A stretch of 64,000 nt of DNA from a virus (Duplodnaviria > Caudoviricetes). Of the stretch, positions 9,231 to 18,824 are shown piece after piece. Every line of letters begins with the position of its first letter. Position 1 is the stretch's first letter. Position numbers and translations under genes: made by a program. The notes beneath the pieces were generated by a model that worked only from the letters and a program-made list of their open reading frames with translations, made no database searches and was not told where the DNA came from. The stretch is taken from IMG/VR virus record IMGVR_UViG_3300038393_000457, positions 1-64,000 of that record; one strand, written 5' to 3'.

Positions 9231-10334
9231 ATGGACTTTCTAAAAACAATCCTAAAACAAGCAGATAACGAATATGCATCAATCGCTGAAGATGGAATTG
9301 CCGCAGGTGATATCATTGGTTGGGTGGATACTGGAGCTTACACTCTCAATGCGTTATTATCTGGTAGCATTTATGGTGGACTACCATCCAATAAAATTAC
9401 TGCTTTAGCGGGTGAGCCATCAACTGGTAAGACTTTCATTGCAATCGCAACAATCAAGCAATTTCTGGATTCCGATCCGAAAGCTAGAGTTGCATGTTTC
9501 TTGACAGAATCAGACATTTCAAAGGATGTTCTCGTTGCTCGTGGTGTTGATGTATCACGTGTAGCTATTTTTCCAGTTGAAACTGTGGAAGAATTCAGAA
9601 CACAATTGATGCGTGTTGCTGTTGCATATGAAGCTTTGGATGAAGAGGATCGTCCTCCATTTTTCTGTCTTCTTGATTCGCTTGGTATGCTTTCGACTGC
9701 CAAAGAAATGGCAGATATTGAAAGCGGTTCCGATAAGCGAGACATGACAAGAGCCGCTTTGACCAAGGGTGCTTTCAGAGCTTTGACTCTTAAGCTTGGT
9801 AAAGTAAATATTCCTCTTTTAATGACAAACCACGTATATGATGTTGTCGGTGCCTATATTCCAACAAAGAAAATGGGAGGAGGAAGCGGACCCGTCTACT
9901 CTGCATCCCAAGTTGTCTTTCTTTCGAAAAAGCGCGCAAAAGACGGGGAAGGTAAAGACGCGGAGCACATTGGTTCTATTATTACCTGTGTTCTTGAAAA
10001 ATCACGTTTCACCATTGAACGCAAAAAAGTCGAAATTCTCCTCCGATTTGACTCTGGACTATCCCGATTTTATGGACTTCTTGATTTGGCTGAAAAATTC
10101 GGGATTGTCGTAAAGAAAAAGAGTGACAAGGATGCCCGCAAGACAGTCTGGGCATTCCCTGGTGGTGTTGAGGCGACTTCAGAGAAAGAGGTTTATGAGA
10201 AACCAGAAACCTATTTTACCAAGGAAGTGCTTGACTCCATTGATGAAAAATGTAAAGATGAATTCTTGTACGGCAACACAAGCCTCACTGATCTGAAGGA
10301 GGAGGAAGTTCCCGTAACCAACAAGAAAAAATAA
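9231..10334 (+). CDS. uvsX: RecA-like recombinase UvsX
   Basis: AGEPSTGKT Walker A, LDSLGML, TNHVY, KMGGGSG. Confidence 0.95.
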   Translation: MDFLKTILKQADNEYASIAEDGIAAGDIIGWVDTGAYTLNALLSGSIYGGLPSNKITALAGEPSTGKTFIAIATIKQFLDSDPKARVACFLTESDISKDVLVARGVDVSRVAIFPVETVEEFRTQLMRVAVAYEALDEEDRPPFFCLLDSLGMLSTAKEMADIESGSDKRDMTRAALTKGAFRALTLKLGKVNIPLLMTNHVYDVVGAYIPTKKMGGGSGPVYSASQVVFLSKKRAKDGEGKDAEHIGSIITCVLEKSRFTIERKKVEILLRFDSGLSRFYGLLDLAEKFGIVVKKKSDKDARKTVWAFPGGVEATSEKEVYEKPETYFTKEVLDSIDEKCKDEFLYGNTSLTDLKEEEVPVTNKKK

Positions 10335-10343
10335 GGGACTTCT

Positions 10344-11738
10344 ATGACGACTAGAATTGAAACGACAATTCTTCGTAATTTGATTGATGATGAAAACTAT
10401 GCTCGCAAAGTATTGCCTTATCTGAAAGCTGATTATTTTCGAAACGAATCAGATAAGGCAATCTTTGTCCAAGCAACTGAGTTTTATAGAACGTACAATA
10501 AGAAACCAACCATTGAAACTCTCAAGATCGACCTGAATAATAACAAGAAGATAACGGGTCCAGTCTTAAAGGATGCAGACGCAATCCTGGAGAGTTTCAA
10601 GTCTTCTCAGACTGCACCAGACTTAAATTGGTTGGTTGATCGGACAGAAACTTTCTGTAAAGACGAGGCAATTTTTATTGCCATGATGAAGTCTATTGAG
10701 ATTGCAGAAGGTAAGACAAAATTCGATAAAGGTATGATCCCCGAGTTATTGAAGGAGGCTCTTGCAGTCACCTTCGATCCTAGGGTTGGACATGACTATA
10801 TTGATGAGTCTGACGAACGTTTCACCTATTATACAAACGTGGAAGAGAAGCTTCCATTCGATCTAGCTATAATGAACAAGCTGACGAATGGTGGTGTTGC
10901 AAACAAGACTCTCAATATGCTTCTTGGTGGCATTCATGCCGGCAAGACTTTAAATCTGTGTTCGTTCGCAGCATCATATCTCCTACAAGGAAAGAACGTT
11001 CTCTATATCACACTTGAAATGTCTGACAAGGAAATTGGCAGACGTATCGACGCTAATTTGCTGGATATTCCGATTGCTGATTTGGGAATATCTTCGAAGA
11101 ATTTCTTCGATTCAAAAATTGGTCTTTTGAAGGCAAAGACGACAGGCAAGCTCAAGATCAAGGAATACCCAACGGGTGGAGCCAACGTCAATAATTTCCG
11201 TGGTCTGCTCAATGACCTTAACTTAAAGGGGAACTTTCAACCAGATGTTATCATCATTGATTACCTTAATCTATGCACATCCGTTAGATTTAAGTCTGGC
11301 GATCATAATTCTTACACTCTTGTTAAGTCGATTGCGGAAGAGGTTCGAGGTTTGGCGATTGAACAGGACGTACCGATCTGGTCTGCGACACAAATGACCC
11401 GTTCGGGTATGTCAAGCTCTGATCCAGAAATGACAGATACCTCAGAGTCCATTGGTCTTCCGGCCGTCGCTGACTTAATGTGGGCAATCTATCGAAATGA
11501 AGACTTGGATAAACAGAATCAGTTGATGTTCAAACAATTGAAGAACAGATACCACGATATGTCGGTAATGGGTAAGTTTATTGTTGGACTTGATCGTGTT
11601 AAGATGCGTTTGCATGAAGTGGTTGACAAGAGCGCCACTATCATTCAAGACCCTAGCAATGTCGTTCCAATGTCTATGTCAAAGCCGAAACTAAGTACAG
11701 TACCAGAAAAAAAGGTTGTGTGGAATGTCGATGAATAG
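10344..11738 (+). CDS. 41: DnaB-like replicative helicase gp41
   Basis: GGIHAGKT, TLEMS, IIDYLN, SATQMTR, TSESIGLPAVAD. Confidence 0.97.
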   Translation: MTTRIETTILRNLIDDENYARKVLPYLKADYFRNESDKAIFVQATEFYRTYNKKPTIETLKIDLNNNKKITGPVLKDADAILESFKSSQTAPDLNWLVDRTETFCKDEAIFIAMMKSIEIAEGKTKFDKGMIPELLKEALAVTFDPRVGHDYIDESDERFTYYTNVEEKLPFDLAIMNKLTNGGVANKTLNMLLGGIHAGKTLNLCSFAASYLLQGKNVLYITLEMSDKEIGRRIDANLLDIPIADLGISSKNFFDSKIGLLKAKTTGKLKIKEYPTGGANVNNFRGLLNDLNLKGNFQPDVIIIDYLNLCTSVRFKSGDHNSYTLVKSIAEEVRGLAIEQDVPIWSATQMTRSGMSSSDPEMTDTSESIGLPAVADLMWAIYRNEDLDKQNQLMFKQLKNRYHDMSVMGKFIVGLDRVKMRLHEVVDKSATIIQDPSNVVPMSMSKPKLSTVPEKKVVWNVDE

Positions 11739-11925
11739 CTATCAAACGATGACTACCAATAATTTGAAATTTGGTATTAAGGAACAATCTACGAATTTCT
11801 TCGTAGCGGTTTCCTTGTTCCCAGATGATTGTAAGAAGTATACCAAGAAACTAAATAAAGGAACAGGTTTCAATGGGAACACCCCTAGGTTTTTCTGTGA
11901 CCCACCATTGAATTTGGATAAATAG
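11716..11925 (+). CDS. small conserved T4-like hypothetical protein
   Basis: LNKGTGFNGNTPRFF motif downstream of gp41. Confidence 0.5.
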   Translation: MCGMSMNSYQTMTTNNLKFGIKEQSTNFFVAVSLFPDDCKKYTKKLNKGTGFNGNTPRFFCDPPLNLDK

Positions 11926-12545
11926 TGCCAATACTCTCTCAAAGGACGATCAATAAGAGAATACGTAAAGCCTTTGATGGATTAGGAAATACAGTCATTG
12001 AACCGAAGAAATTGGCTATAGAATTAAGAAAATTATTTAAAAAGTCTAAAATTGGGTTTTCGATAATTAATGAACCAGATGCTGTGTTAAATTATATAGA
12101 AACAACAGGGTTTTATTGCCCTGATAGTCCGATCAATACGATTATCATACAATTCAATGTGAATCCTAATACAACGTTTGTCGAATTAACAGAAAGTTTG
12201 CTTGTTGATATTTCGATGACAATTCAACATGAATTGGTTCATAAAAGACAATTCCATAAACGCGGCAAGAAGTTTTTCGACTCATACGATTTCAATCCAA
12301 ACATAACTTCAACCGAAGAATTGAAGCAATATTTTGAGACACCGGATGAAGTGGATGCATATGCTCTAAATATCATACTTGGATTGACATATACCTTTCC
12401 TGGGCTAGAAGCTAAAGACATAAATAAATTCCTAATTTTTTCGGATATTTGGTATATTTACGACATTACCTCTAGGAAAACCAGGAAACGACTACTCAAA
12501 AAGGTCTATAAACTACACCAACAAGGCGTCCACTGGGACATATAA
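11925..12545 (+). CDS. HExxH (zincin-like) hypothetical protein
   Basis: IQHELVHKRQ...DEVDAYA. Confidence 0.55.
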   Translation: MPILSQRTINKRIRKAFDGLGNTVIEPKKLAIELRKLFKKSKIGFSIINEPDAVLNYIETTGFYCPDSPINTIIIQFNVNPNTTFVELTESLLVDISMTIQHELVHKRQFHKRGKKFFDSYDFNPNITSTEELKQYFETPDEVDAYALNIILGLTYTFPGLEAKDINKFLIFSDIWYIYDITSRKTRKRLLKKVYKLHQQGVHWDI

Positions 12546-12564
12546 ATAGCTCCGTAGTCACAAC

Positions 12565-13215
12565 CTACGGAGTTTTATTTTGTCTGTATATACTTTGAAT
12601 TCCATATGTTATTAACAAGTGTTCATTATTTAGTTTTCTTATTTTTGTTATACAAGACAGACTGATACCCAATTTTATAGACAATTCCTTTAGAGTCGTG
12701 ATGGTTTCTAATCCATCAGAGAATGTGATGGAATAAATTCCAGTTTTATTTTTTGATAATTTTTGACGACTTTCAATTGATTTCATAGGATTCTTATAGC
12801 CCTGAAGATATCTATTTTTCATTTTTTGGCTTAAGATGGCTCTCGTTTCGATGGAATGTTGTTTACCATAAAAATGATTTTTTATGCCAATATTAGATTC
12901 TGAATTCTTACGTCTATGTTCTTGTGTCTGTTTCTTTCCGAACATTGGGTTACCAGAACCTTTATTGCGTTCACGAGCTTTAGTCTTCCATCTCTCACTT
13001 TTTGGTGCTTTTTGGATTAATTTAATTGCTTCGGCTTGTGAAATTTGACTAGTTAATGATAACCAAGCTATTCTATCTTGTTCCTTACCATGTTTTTCAT
13101 ATAGAGCCTTATGACGCTCGGCATGTTCCTCAATTGTGATGCGTTCAATATTTGATGGAACATCAGTTCCATTCATATGTCTTGGTACAATATGATGATT
13201 ATGGTAGATTGACAT
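12565..13215 (-). CDS. HNH homing endonuclease with NUMOD3 repeats
   Basis: HHIVPRHMNGTDVPSNIERITIEEHAERH; NPMFGKKQTQEHRRK; start placed at MSIY behind aggaagga RBS. Confidence 0.9.
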   Translation of the reverse strand: MSIYHNHHIVPRHMNGTDVPSNIERITIEEHAERHKALYEKHGKEQDRIAWLSLTSQISQAEAIKLIQKAPKSERWKTKARERNKGSGNPMFGKKQTQEHRRKNSESNIGIKNHFYGKQHSIETRAILSQKMKNRYLQGYKNPMKSIESRQKLSKNKTGIYSITFSDGLETITTLKELSIKLGISLSCITKIRKLNNEHLLITYGIQSIYRQNKTP

Positions 13216-13237
13216 AGCTGTTATTCCTTCCTGGATA

Positions 13238-13270
13238 ATAGAGTTGGTGGGACTGGCATCCGCGACCAAC
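13238..13270 (-). promoter_or_regulatory. conserved structured leader motif upstream of a homing endonuclease (copy A)
   Basis: gttggt-cgc-gga-tgccag-tcc-c-accaac-tctat on the minus strand. Confidence 0.7.
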
Positions 13271-13307
13271 ATTTGATAAGTATACTTATCAAATGTAAGG
13301 AATTAAG

Positions 13308-13871
13308 ATGCCAATTATAAACGCATACCATGGCACAAATGCCATCTTCAATAAATTTTCTATGGATTCTGCTAAAATCCAGAATGATTATTACGGTGGA
13401 GGGTTTTATTTCACACCTAATCTTGAAGTTGCTAAAATCTATGCAAAGTCGGCTGTGCGCAAGACGGGTGGGAAAGAGGTAATCTATCGCGTCCAATTGA
13501 ATTTAAAGAAAACCTTTGACGTTGATAAAGAATATACTGGTGATGAATTGAAAAAATTGATTATTCCCAACTTTGAAACATTTGCAAGATCAGCTGGACT
13601 TCTTTCTCTTGGCAAAGATCGATATGCAATTATGGCAGATTTGAAGGATGGTAATACTGTTATGACGGGAGCAGAGGTTTTCAAGGGTATGTCCAATGGA
13701 ATGGTAAATACAGCCAAAGCTCGTGATCATCTAAAAAGACTTCATTATGACTCACTGCGCTATAATCCAGTACAGCATTCAGATAGGATCAAACATGAAG
13801 TATACATCGCGTATAACGCCGCAAGTGTCCGCATCATTGGACAATATGGAAGCCCCGCTCATGAACAATGA
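13308..13871 (+). CDS. ADP-ribosyltransferase-fold protein (H-G-T type)
   Basis: YHGT...YGGGFYFT....AKIYA. Confidence 0.65.
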   Translation: MPIINAYHGTNAIFNKFSMDSAKIQNDYYGGGFYFTPNLEVAKIYAKSAVRKTGGKEVIYRVQLNLKKTFDVDKEYTGDELKKLIIPNFETFARSAGLLSLGKDRYAIMADLKDGNTVMTGAEVFKGMSNGMVNTAKARDHLKRLHYDSLRYNPVQHSDRIKHEVYIAYNAASVRIIGQYGSPAHEQ

Positions 13872-14676
13872 TTTCAAGGAAGTAGTTGTATTTCTGGAAG
13901 ATAAGAAACCTAAACCAAAAAAGAAAACCCCAGAAGAAGAAGCAAAATCAAAGGGATTGACCCATCTGGGAATGGGCAGATTCGGAGACGGTAAATCGAT
14001 TAGTCATATCCTTCATAAAGGAAAATTGGTGAATGTCCATAAGCCACCAAAGGTCAAGGATGAAATGGATTATACTGGAAAGCGTCGTGTCACCGTTGAA
14101 GTCCAGAAAGAACATCCATTGGAAAGTGTTCGTTCCGATAAAGAAGTCAAGCAACTAGACAAGACGCTGAGAGATTACAACAAGGAATTTGTTGCGAAAC
14201 TGGATAATGATCACAAAGATTCTATTGGTCATCTGATATCAGGTAAACTTGATACCGCTCTATCAACATTCAAACGTGGTCAAAATCCACGAGATGGAGA
14301 AACTCAGAAGAAAATCGGGAAACTTGATGAGGTTATGAAAAAATCGAAAACCCCTATTTCAATGTCTGTCTTTAGACCTACAAATATGGATAATTTCGAG
14401 AAGGGTAAATCATATGAATATTCGGGGTATCTCCACACAACTCTTGATCCAAAAGAAATCGAAAAACACGGTAAACATTTGTTACACATTGAAATCCCGA
14501 AAGGGCATCCTGGAATATATAATGACCGTAAAGCTGGCAAAGAATACATTCTACCGCGACGTTCACAAATTCATATCGTATCTGATCCAGTTGCAATTTC
14601 AGTACCTGACTTTGATAAGAAAGGTGGGATAACATCCCCCACCCTTTTGTGGAAAGCCATAGTTGTCCATAAGTAG
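13747..14676 (+). CDS. Alt/VIP2-like ADP-ribosyltransferase domain protein (true start probably 13846 or 13861)
   Basis: VFRPT...GYLHTTLD...IEIPKG...KEYILPR. Confidence 0.65.
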   Translation: MTHCAIIQYSIQIGSNMKYTSRITPQVSASLDNMEAPLMNNDFKEVVVFLEDKKPKPKKKTPEEEAKSKGLTHLGMGRFGDGKSISHILHKGKLVNVHKPPKVKDEMDYTGKRRVTVEVQKEHPLESVRSDKEVKQLDKTLRDYNKEFVAKLDNDHKDSIGHLISGKLDTALSTFKRGQNPRDGETQKKIGKLDEVMKKSKTPISMSVFRPTNMDNFEKGKSYEYSGYLHTTLDPKEIEKHGKHLLHIEIPKGHPGIYNDRKAGKEYILPRRSQIHIVSDPVAISVPDFDKKGGITSPTLLWKAIVVHK

Positions 14677-14703
14677 TTACTCACTCATTTTAAGGATTGT
14701 CAT

Positions 14704-15330
14704 ATGCCACGTTATTCTGAAGATTTGTTGAATGAAGCTAAGAAACTTGGTCATTCTGCGGAAGATTTGAACAAATACTATAATCATGGACTTTTGTCTT
14801 GGCACACACATAAGGAATCTATTCCTGGAACTACTCCAGAACAGCTAGGAATGGCTCTTGTTGAAGAGTTTATTTTGAGCGAAAAGGCTCGCGTCAACAC
14901 AATCCGGAAGGATTTGATTGTTGAACAGGAGCAAGAAATAGTTGGTCTAAAGAAACCTTCTCAGTTGAAGAGAAAGACCACTGTTGAAGGTGATCTATAT
15001 AACGAAGAATTTCTGGATGCTCTACCAGACGATGAAGTCATTGTGGAATGGGCAACCAGTGAGAAAATCCTGTCTTCCTATGAAAAACGTTATGGAAAAG
15101 ATGCTCCCCAAAAGCTCCTAGAGGCTGCCAATCTATTTGTGAGAAAATCTGAATGGTCTCCTTCGGAAGAACCCGCTTCTGAATCCCGTCGAGGCTCAAA
15201 GCGTCATTCGTGGGATATGAAGACTTGGCATGAAAGCAAGCTTGAAGAAGCCAAGGAACAGAACATCCAGGAAGCTATAGAGTATCATTCTGAAAAGATC
15301 GAAGAATATAACAAAAAAATCAAGAAATGA
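14704..15330 (+). CDS. hypothetical protein (possible internal virion protein)
   Basis: charged 208-aa ORF in late-type block. Confidence 0.5.
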   Translation: MPRYSEDLLNEAKKLGHSAEDLNKYYNHGLLSWHTHKESIPGTTPEQLGMALVEEFILSEKARVNTIRKDLIVEQEQEIVGLKKPSQLKRKTTVEGDLYNEEFLDALPDDEVIVEWATSEKILSSYEKRYGKDAPQKLLEAANLFVRKSEWSPSEEPASESRRGSKRHSWDMKTWHESKLEEAKEQNIQEAIEYHSEKIEEYNKKIKK

Positions 15331-15833
15331 GCAAACCTGAACCAAAATGGTTCATTCGCGTAACGTCAATCGACAAAGCGAATGGTCCTACTCATAACAT
15401 GGTAACCACTCATGGCACGTACAGCCAGGCATCATTACATTTGACTAATGTGATTGGCGCTGAACGTTCTTCTGAGCCAATGAAACATTATACAAAAGGC
15501 AAGCTTCGCTTTGACATTCTACCTTTGAAAGGTTCTAAAAACAAACTCAAGAAAGACACCAGAACGGAGTCATTGATGGAAGACGACAATAAAGATGATG
15601 ACAAGGTAAAACCTCGTGATAAGAAACAGATTGTGACAGATGCGTCAAATAGAGCCAAAAAGAAGGCAGGTCTTGAAAAAGACAAGGATGTAGAAAAAGT
15701 TACTGGAAACAAGACAATGGCGGGCGGTCCAGTCAATAAGATTGATGATGACCCTGAATTGGAAAATAGTCAGTCTTCCGCAGGTGAAAAGCCGGTAATT
15801 CAACCATCTCCGAGAAATGTTGGTTCATCTTGA
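15327..15833 (+). CDS. hypothetical protein (possible internal virion protein)
   Basis: coupled ORF, highly charged C-terminus. Confidence 0.5.
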   Translation: MSKPEPKWFIRVTSIDKANGPTHNMVTTHGTYSQASLHLTNVIGAERSSEPMKHYTKGKLRFDILPLKGSKNKLKKDTRTESLMEDDNKDDDKVKPRDKKQIVTDASNRAKKKAGLEKDKDVEKVTGNKTMAGGPVNKIDDDPELENSQSSAGEKPVIQPSPRNVGSS

Positions 15834-16417
15834 TAACGACATTTCCAGCCAAAATTGGATGTTTTATTTTTACCCTTGGTTGATTGAACCATATTACTAT
15901 TATTTAAATCGTGTTCACGACAAAATTTACGTAAGTTTTGAACTATCATTACATTTCCTAGAGGGTCTGTAACAATATATGTTTTCCATTTACTCTTAGC
16001 GTTTGACAATTTTGTTTTATGTTCATCGGTCAATTTTCTACCTTTTTGGGATCGTGATATTGCTTGGTTATGTTCTTTTGTTCTGAATTTCATCGCTCGG
16101 AACACTCCATCACTGGCGGTATTTTCATTTTGATTTAGCCATTTTGGATTATTGGCTACCTTCATCCTCTTCAGAACTTTATCCTCCCATTCAAAGCATT
16201 TCCGAGGATCATTGAAAGTTTTACGTATTTGATAGGTAAAACTGTCTTTACCTGTCTTTTTTATCAATTCTTTTATTAAATTTGAAGATGTAAAATAAGT
16301 AGTCCAAAGAGTGCTAGGATGAACATCTTTACCATACCGGCAACCGTAATAACGTTGCCCAGTTGGAAGATATGTTAAGCAATAAGTAAAATATAATGGA
16401 AATTGAGACTGTGACAT
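15800..16417 (-). CDS. GIY-YIG/Seg-like homing endonuclease with NUMOD3
   Basis: YFTYCLTYLPTGQRYYGCR...YFTSS; KGRKLTDEHKTKLS. Confidence 0.85.
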   Translation of the reverse strand: MSQSQFPLYFTYCLTYLPTGQRYYGCRYGKDVHPSTLWTTYFTSSNLIKELIKKTGKDSFTYQIRKTFNDPRKCFEWEDKVLKRMKVANNPKWLNQNENTASDGVFRAMKFRTKEHNQAISRSQKGRKLTDEHKTKLSNAKSKWKTYIVTDPLGNVMIVQNLRKFCREHDLNNSNMVQSTKGKNKTSNFGWKCRYQDEPTFLGDG

Positions 16418-16442
16418 TTAGGGAAACCTTTGAATTTGTGTC

Positions 16443-16478
16443 ATAGAACCAGTGGAAGTTGCAACCTTCGCGACTGGT
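16443..16478 (-). promoter_or_regulatory. conserved structured leader motif (copy B)
   Basis: accagt-cgc-gaag-gttgcaa-cttc-c-actggt-tctat. Confidence 0.7.
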
Positions 16479-16486
16479 AACCTATA

Positions 16487-16500
16487 TATTTATATAAATA
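16487..16500. promoter_or_regulatory. palindromic pair of T4-type late promoters (TATAAATA on both strands)
   Basis: tatttatataaata between divergent genes. Confidence 0.75.
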
Positions 16501-16554
16501 CTGGCACCAATTTAATGGTATTTCCATTAATTAACAAAATTTAGGAGAAATCAA

Positions 16555-17055
16555 TTGTCAGCCTGGTCTAACACAGATACATCACAATCAAAACCAACAT
16601 GGACAAAGACTGGCAATAGGAATTTGTCCGCCGCCAATACCTATGGGGTTAGCTCACTAGAAAAGCAACAGACCGCAAATACAAGCTCATTTGCTCGCTC
16701 TGCTGGTCACCAGGGTTGGGTACGTATTCAACCACAGTATACCGATTCTTCTGGTAATATCCGCCGTAAAGCGGAAACATTGGTGGTTATGTCCACATCA
16801 ATTACCGGCAATGCCAATGTACAAATTTCTGGCACTTCAAATACAACAAATGGCAGTGTCAATGTCGTTGGAACAAATACAAAATATACAACTGAATTGA
16901 AGGTTGGTGACGTTATCAATGTTGGTCCTGGGTCTTCTGCAAGAGTTGCCACCCTGGTAAATTCCACATTCCTGACAGTTAACACCGCATTTTCGAGCAA
17001 CACAAATACTCAAAATGTCTTCGTTGGTGATTCCGTTTGGTTCCCGATCCAATGA
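16555..17055 (+). CDS. late, probably structural protein (beta-rich)
   Basis: TATAAATA promoter, aggag RBS, S/T/N/G-rich sequence. Confidence 0.55.
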   Translation: MSAWSNTDTSQSKPTWTKTGNRNLSAANTYGVSSLEKQQTANTSSFARSAGHQGWVRIQPQYTDSSGNIRRKAETLVVMSTSITGNANVQISGTSNTTNGSVNVVGTNTKYTTELKVGDVINVGPGSSARVATLVNSTFLTVNTAFSSNTNTQNVFVGDSVWFPIQ

Positions 17056-17059
17056 TTCT

Positions 17060-17782
17060 TTAATTTATTATCTTTGCTTTCCAACCTCTATGTGGGAGAA
17101 TTCGTTCTCCCCTACATAGCTCCCTTATTCGACATGTATTTAAATTGTGATTTTTACAGAATTTATCAAGCCCATCATTAACAATATAAATTTCATTATT
17201 TGGTGATATTAACTCATAAGTTTTACATTGTCTTAGACGAAATTCTTCATTGTATAGCGCTTTACGTCTTTTTTCATTCCAAGGTATACCTTTTTTAATT
17301 TTTGATTGATAATCACACCATTCCTTTGTTTGTTTAAATCTCTTACCATACATGGGATTACCCTCACCGGAATATTTTATTGAGGCGGCTTGTTTTTGTT
17401 TTTCGGAATGTTTTCTACCATAATTTGGACTATTTTGACCTGTTATGGATATAACAAATTTAGAACGTAGATTTTGATAAAGACGGCTATTTTTTACTTG
17501 TTTCGTCCTTGTACACATGAACCAAAAAGCCTGTAACATTTTATTTTTATGGTTGTTGTTAATATAACAACATTTGGTAAGAATTAGGTGTGCTAGATAA
17601 TGTTCACGAAATGTAAGATTGACAATATTTTGATCATCGTCGGTACCACCCATTGATTTTGGAATAATATGATGAGCTTCAGTAATTCCTTTTAATTTCG
17701 GACGACCGATGGCTCTTGTAATGATTTTGTTGTACCTATCCATATATTTGGAAGGTATAAATATATCTGATTGCTGTAACAT
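17060..17782 (-). CDS. HNH homing endonuclease with NUMOD3
   Basis: EAHHIIPKSMGGTDDDQNIVNLTFREHYLAH. Confidence 0.9.
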   Translation of the reverse strand: MLQQSDIFIPSKYMDRYNKIITRAIGRPKLKGITEAHHIIPKSMGGTDDDQNIVNLTFREHYLAHLILTKCCYINNNHKNKMLQAFWFMCTRTKQVKNSRLYQNLRSKFVISITGQNSPNYGRKHSEKQKQAASIKYSGEGNPMYGKRFKQTKEWCDYQSKIKKGIPWNEKRRKALYNEEFRLRQCKTYELISPNNEIYIVNDGLDKFCKNHNLNTCRIRELCRGERILPHRGWKAKIIN

Positions 17783-17796
17783 TTTAACCCTTTGTT

Positions 17797-17830
17797 ATAG
17801 AGTTGGTGGGGAACCGACTCCGCGACCAAC
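17797..17830 (-). promoter_or_regulatory. conserved structured leader motif (copy C), downstream of ACTAAATA
   Basis: gttggt-cgc-gga-gtcggt-tcc-cc-accaac-tctat. Confidence 0.7.
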
Positions 17831-17859
17831 ATCATTTATTTAGTAAAGGTTAAACCCTA

Positions 17860-18810
17860 ATGAAGTCATTTAAATCATATCTGGCAGAAAACTACGACGT
17901 TCCAGTTACTCATTTTACGGCAGATGGTGCTCACGAGAGTCTTGCTAGCCAGAATTTGTCTAACAAGGAAACACGTGACGAAATCAACGTCCAGTTGTTG
18001 CGTGCAACCGCCGGACAGTTCACAAATCCATATCTTTCTTTGATGAAGGTTGCGAAGCTTCTTGCTGTTTACGGTGTATTGCTTCCAAGACCTTATTTCC
18101 CTGCTGTAGATGGTGGTGAAATGATCTGGGTTATCAACCCAGATGGTCAAATGCACGACTATAATACGTCTGTTCCTGCAAGTGAAAAGGATGTTCCAAA
18201 GTGGTTCCTATACTTCGAATATGGTGTAGACACTGACGGGGCTTATGTCTGCTATTCTGAAATCTGTGACATGGATGGATTGGATGATCTTCTAGAAGAA
18301 GAATTGGATGAAGAAAATCTAGACGAATCTCTTCCTAAAAATGCTTCAGCCGGCGATTATGTAAAGGATTTTGTTCATTCTAAGAATTCCAAATTTGATG
18401 GAGATTCCAAGAAAGAACGTATTCGCAGAGCACTCGGGGCTTATTATAGTAAAAAAAATGAGGAATTGGATACAGAAAAAAAAAGTCTGAATGAAAATCT
18501 TTTAACTGAAGATAACGAATTACATTTTTCTTTGAAAGGTTTTGGTTTCAAACACAAAAATAAACATGGCGGATATCATTCATTCAATCATGATAAGGGT
18601 GTAAGTCACGAAGACCTTCATAAACATTTGGTAAACAATGGTTATCGTTTAACTCGTTCAGACAGGTCTATGGGTGATAGACATGATGAAAAAACACATG
18701 TTTATACCAAAACTACACCATATGAAGAACACGGTGTTTCAATATCTGGTCATAAACATGGTGAGAAGATTAGAAATATTCAATCCAGTCACCAGGTTTC
18801 AAGAGATTAA
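17860..18810 (+). CDS. T4-like hypothetical protein (possible internal virion protein)
   Basis: MKSFKSYLAE start; DFVHSKNSKFDGDSKKERIRRALGAYY motif. Confidence 0.55.
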   Translation: MKSFKSYLAENYDVPVTHFTADGAHESLASQNLSNKETRDEINVQLLRATAGQFTNPYLSLMKVAKLLAVYGVLLPRPYFPAVDGGEMIWVINPDGQMHDYNTSVPASEKDVPKWFLYFEYGVDTDGAYVCYSEICDMDGLDDLLEEELDEENLDESLPKNASAGDYVKDFVHSKNSKFDGDSKKERIRRALGAYYSKKNEELDTEKKSLNENLLTEDNELHFSLKGFGFKHKNKHGGYHSFNHDKGVSHEDLHKHLVNNGYRLTRSDRSMGDRHDEKTHVYTKTTPYEEHGVSISGHKHGEKIRNIQSSHQVSRD

Positions 18811-18824
18811 GTGCCAATTATATA

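Noticed and set aside
12551-12573. IS200/IS605-type end hairpin pairing with the leader motif
   Set aside because: The other two motif-bearing endonucleases lack a downstream hairpin and no HUH transposase is present; it is more likely a terminator.
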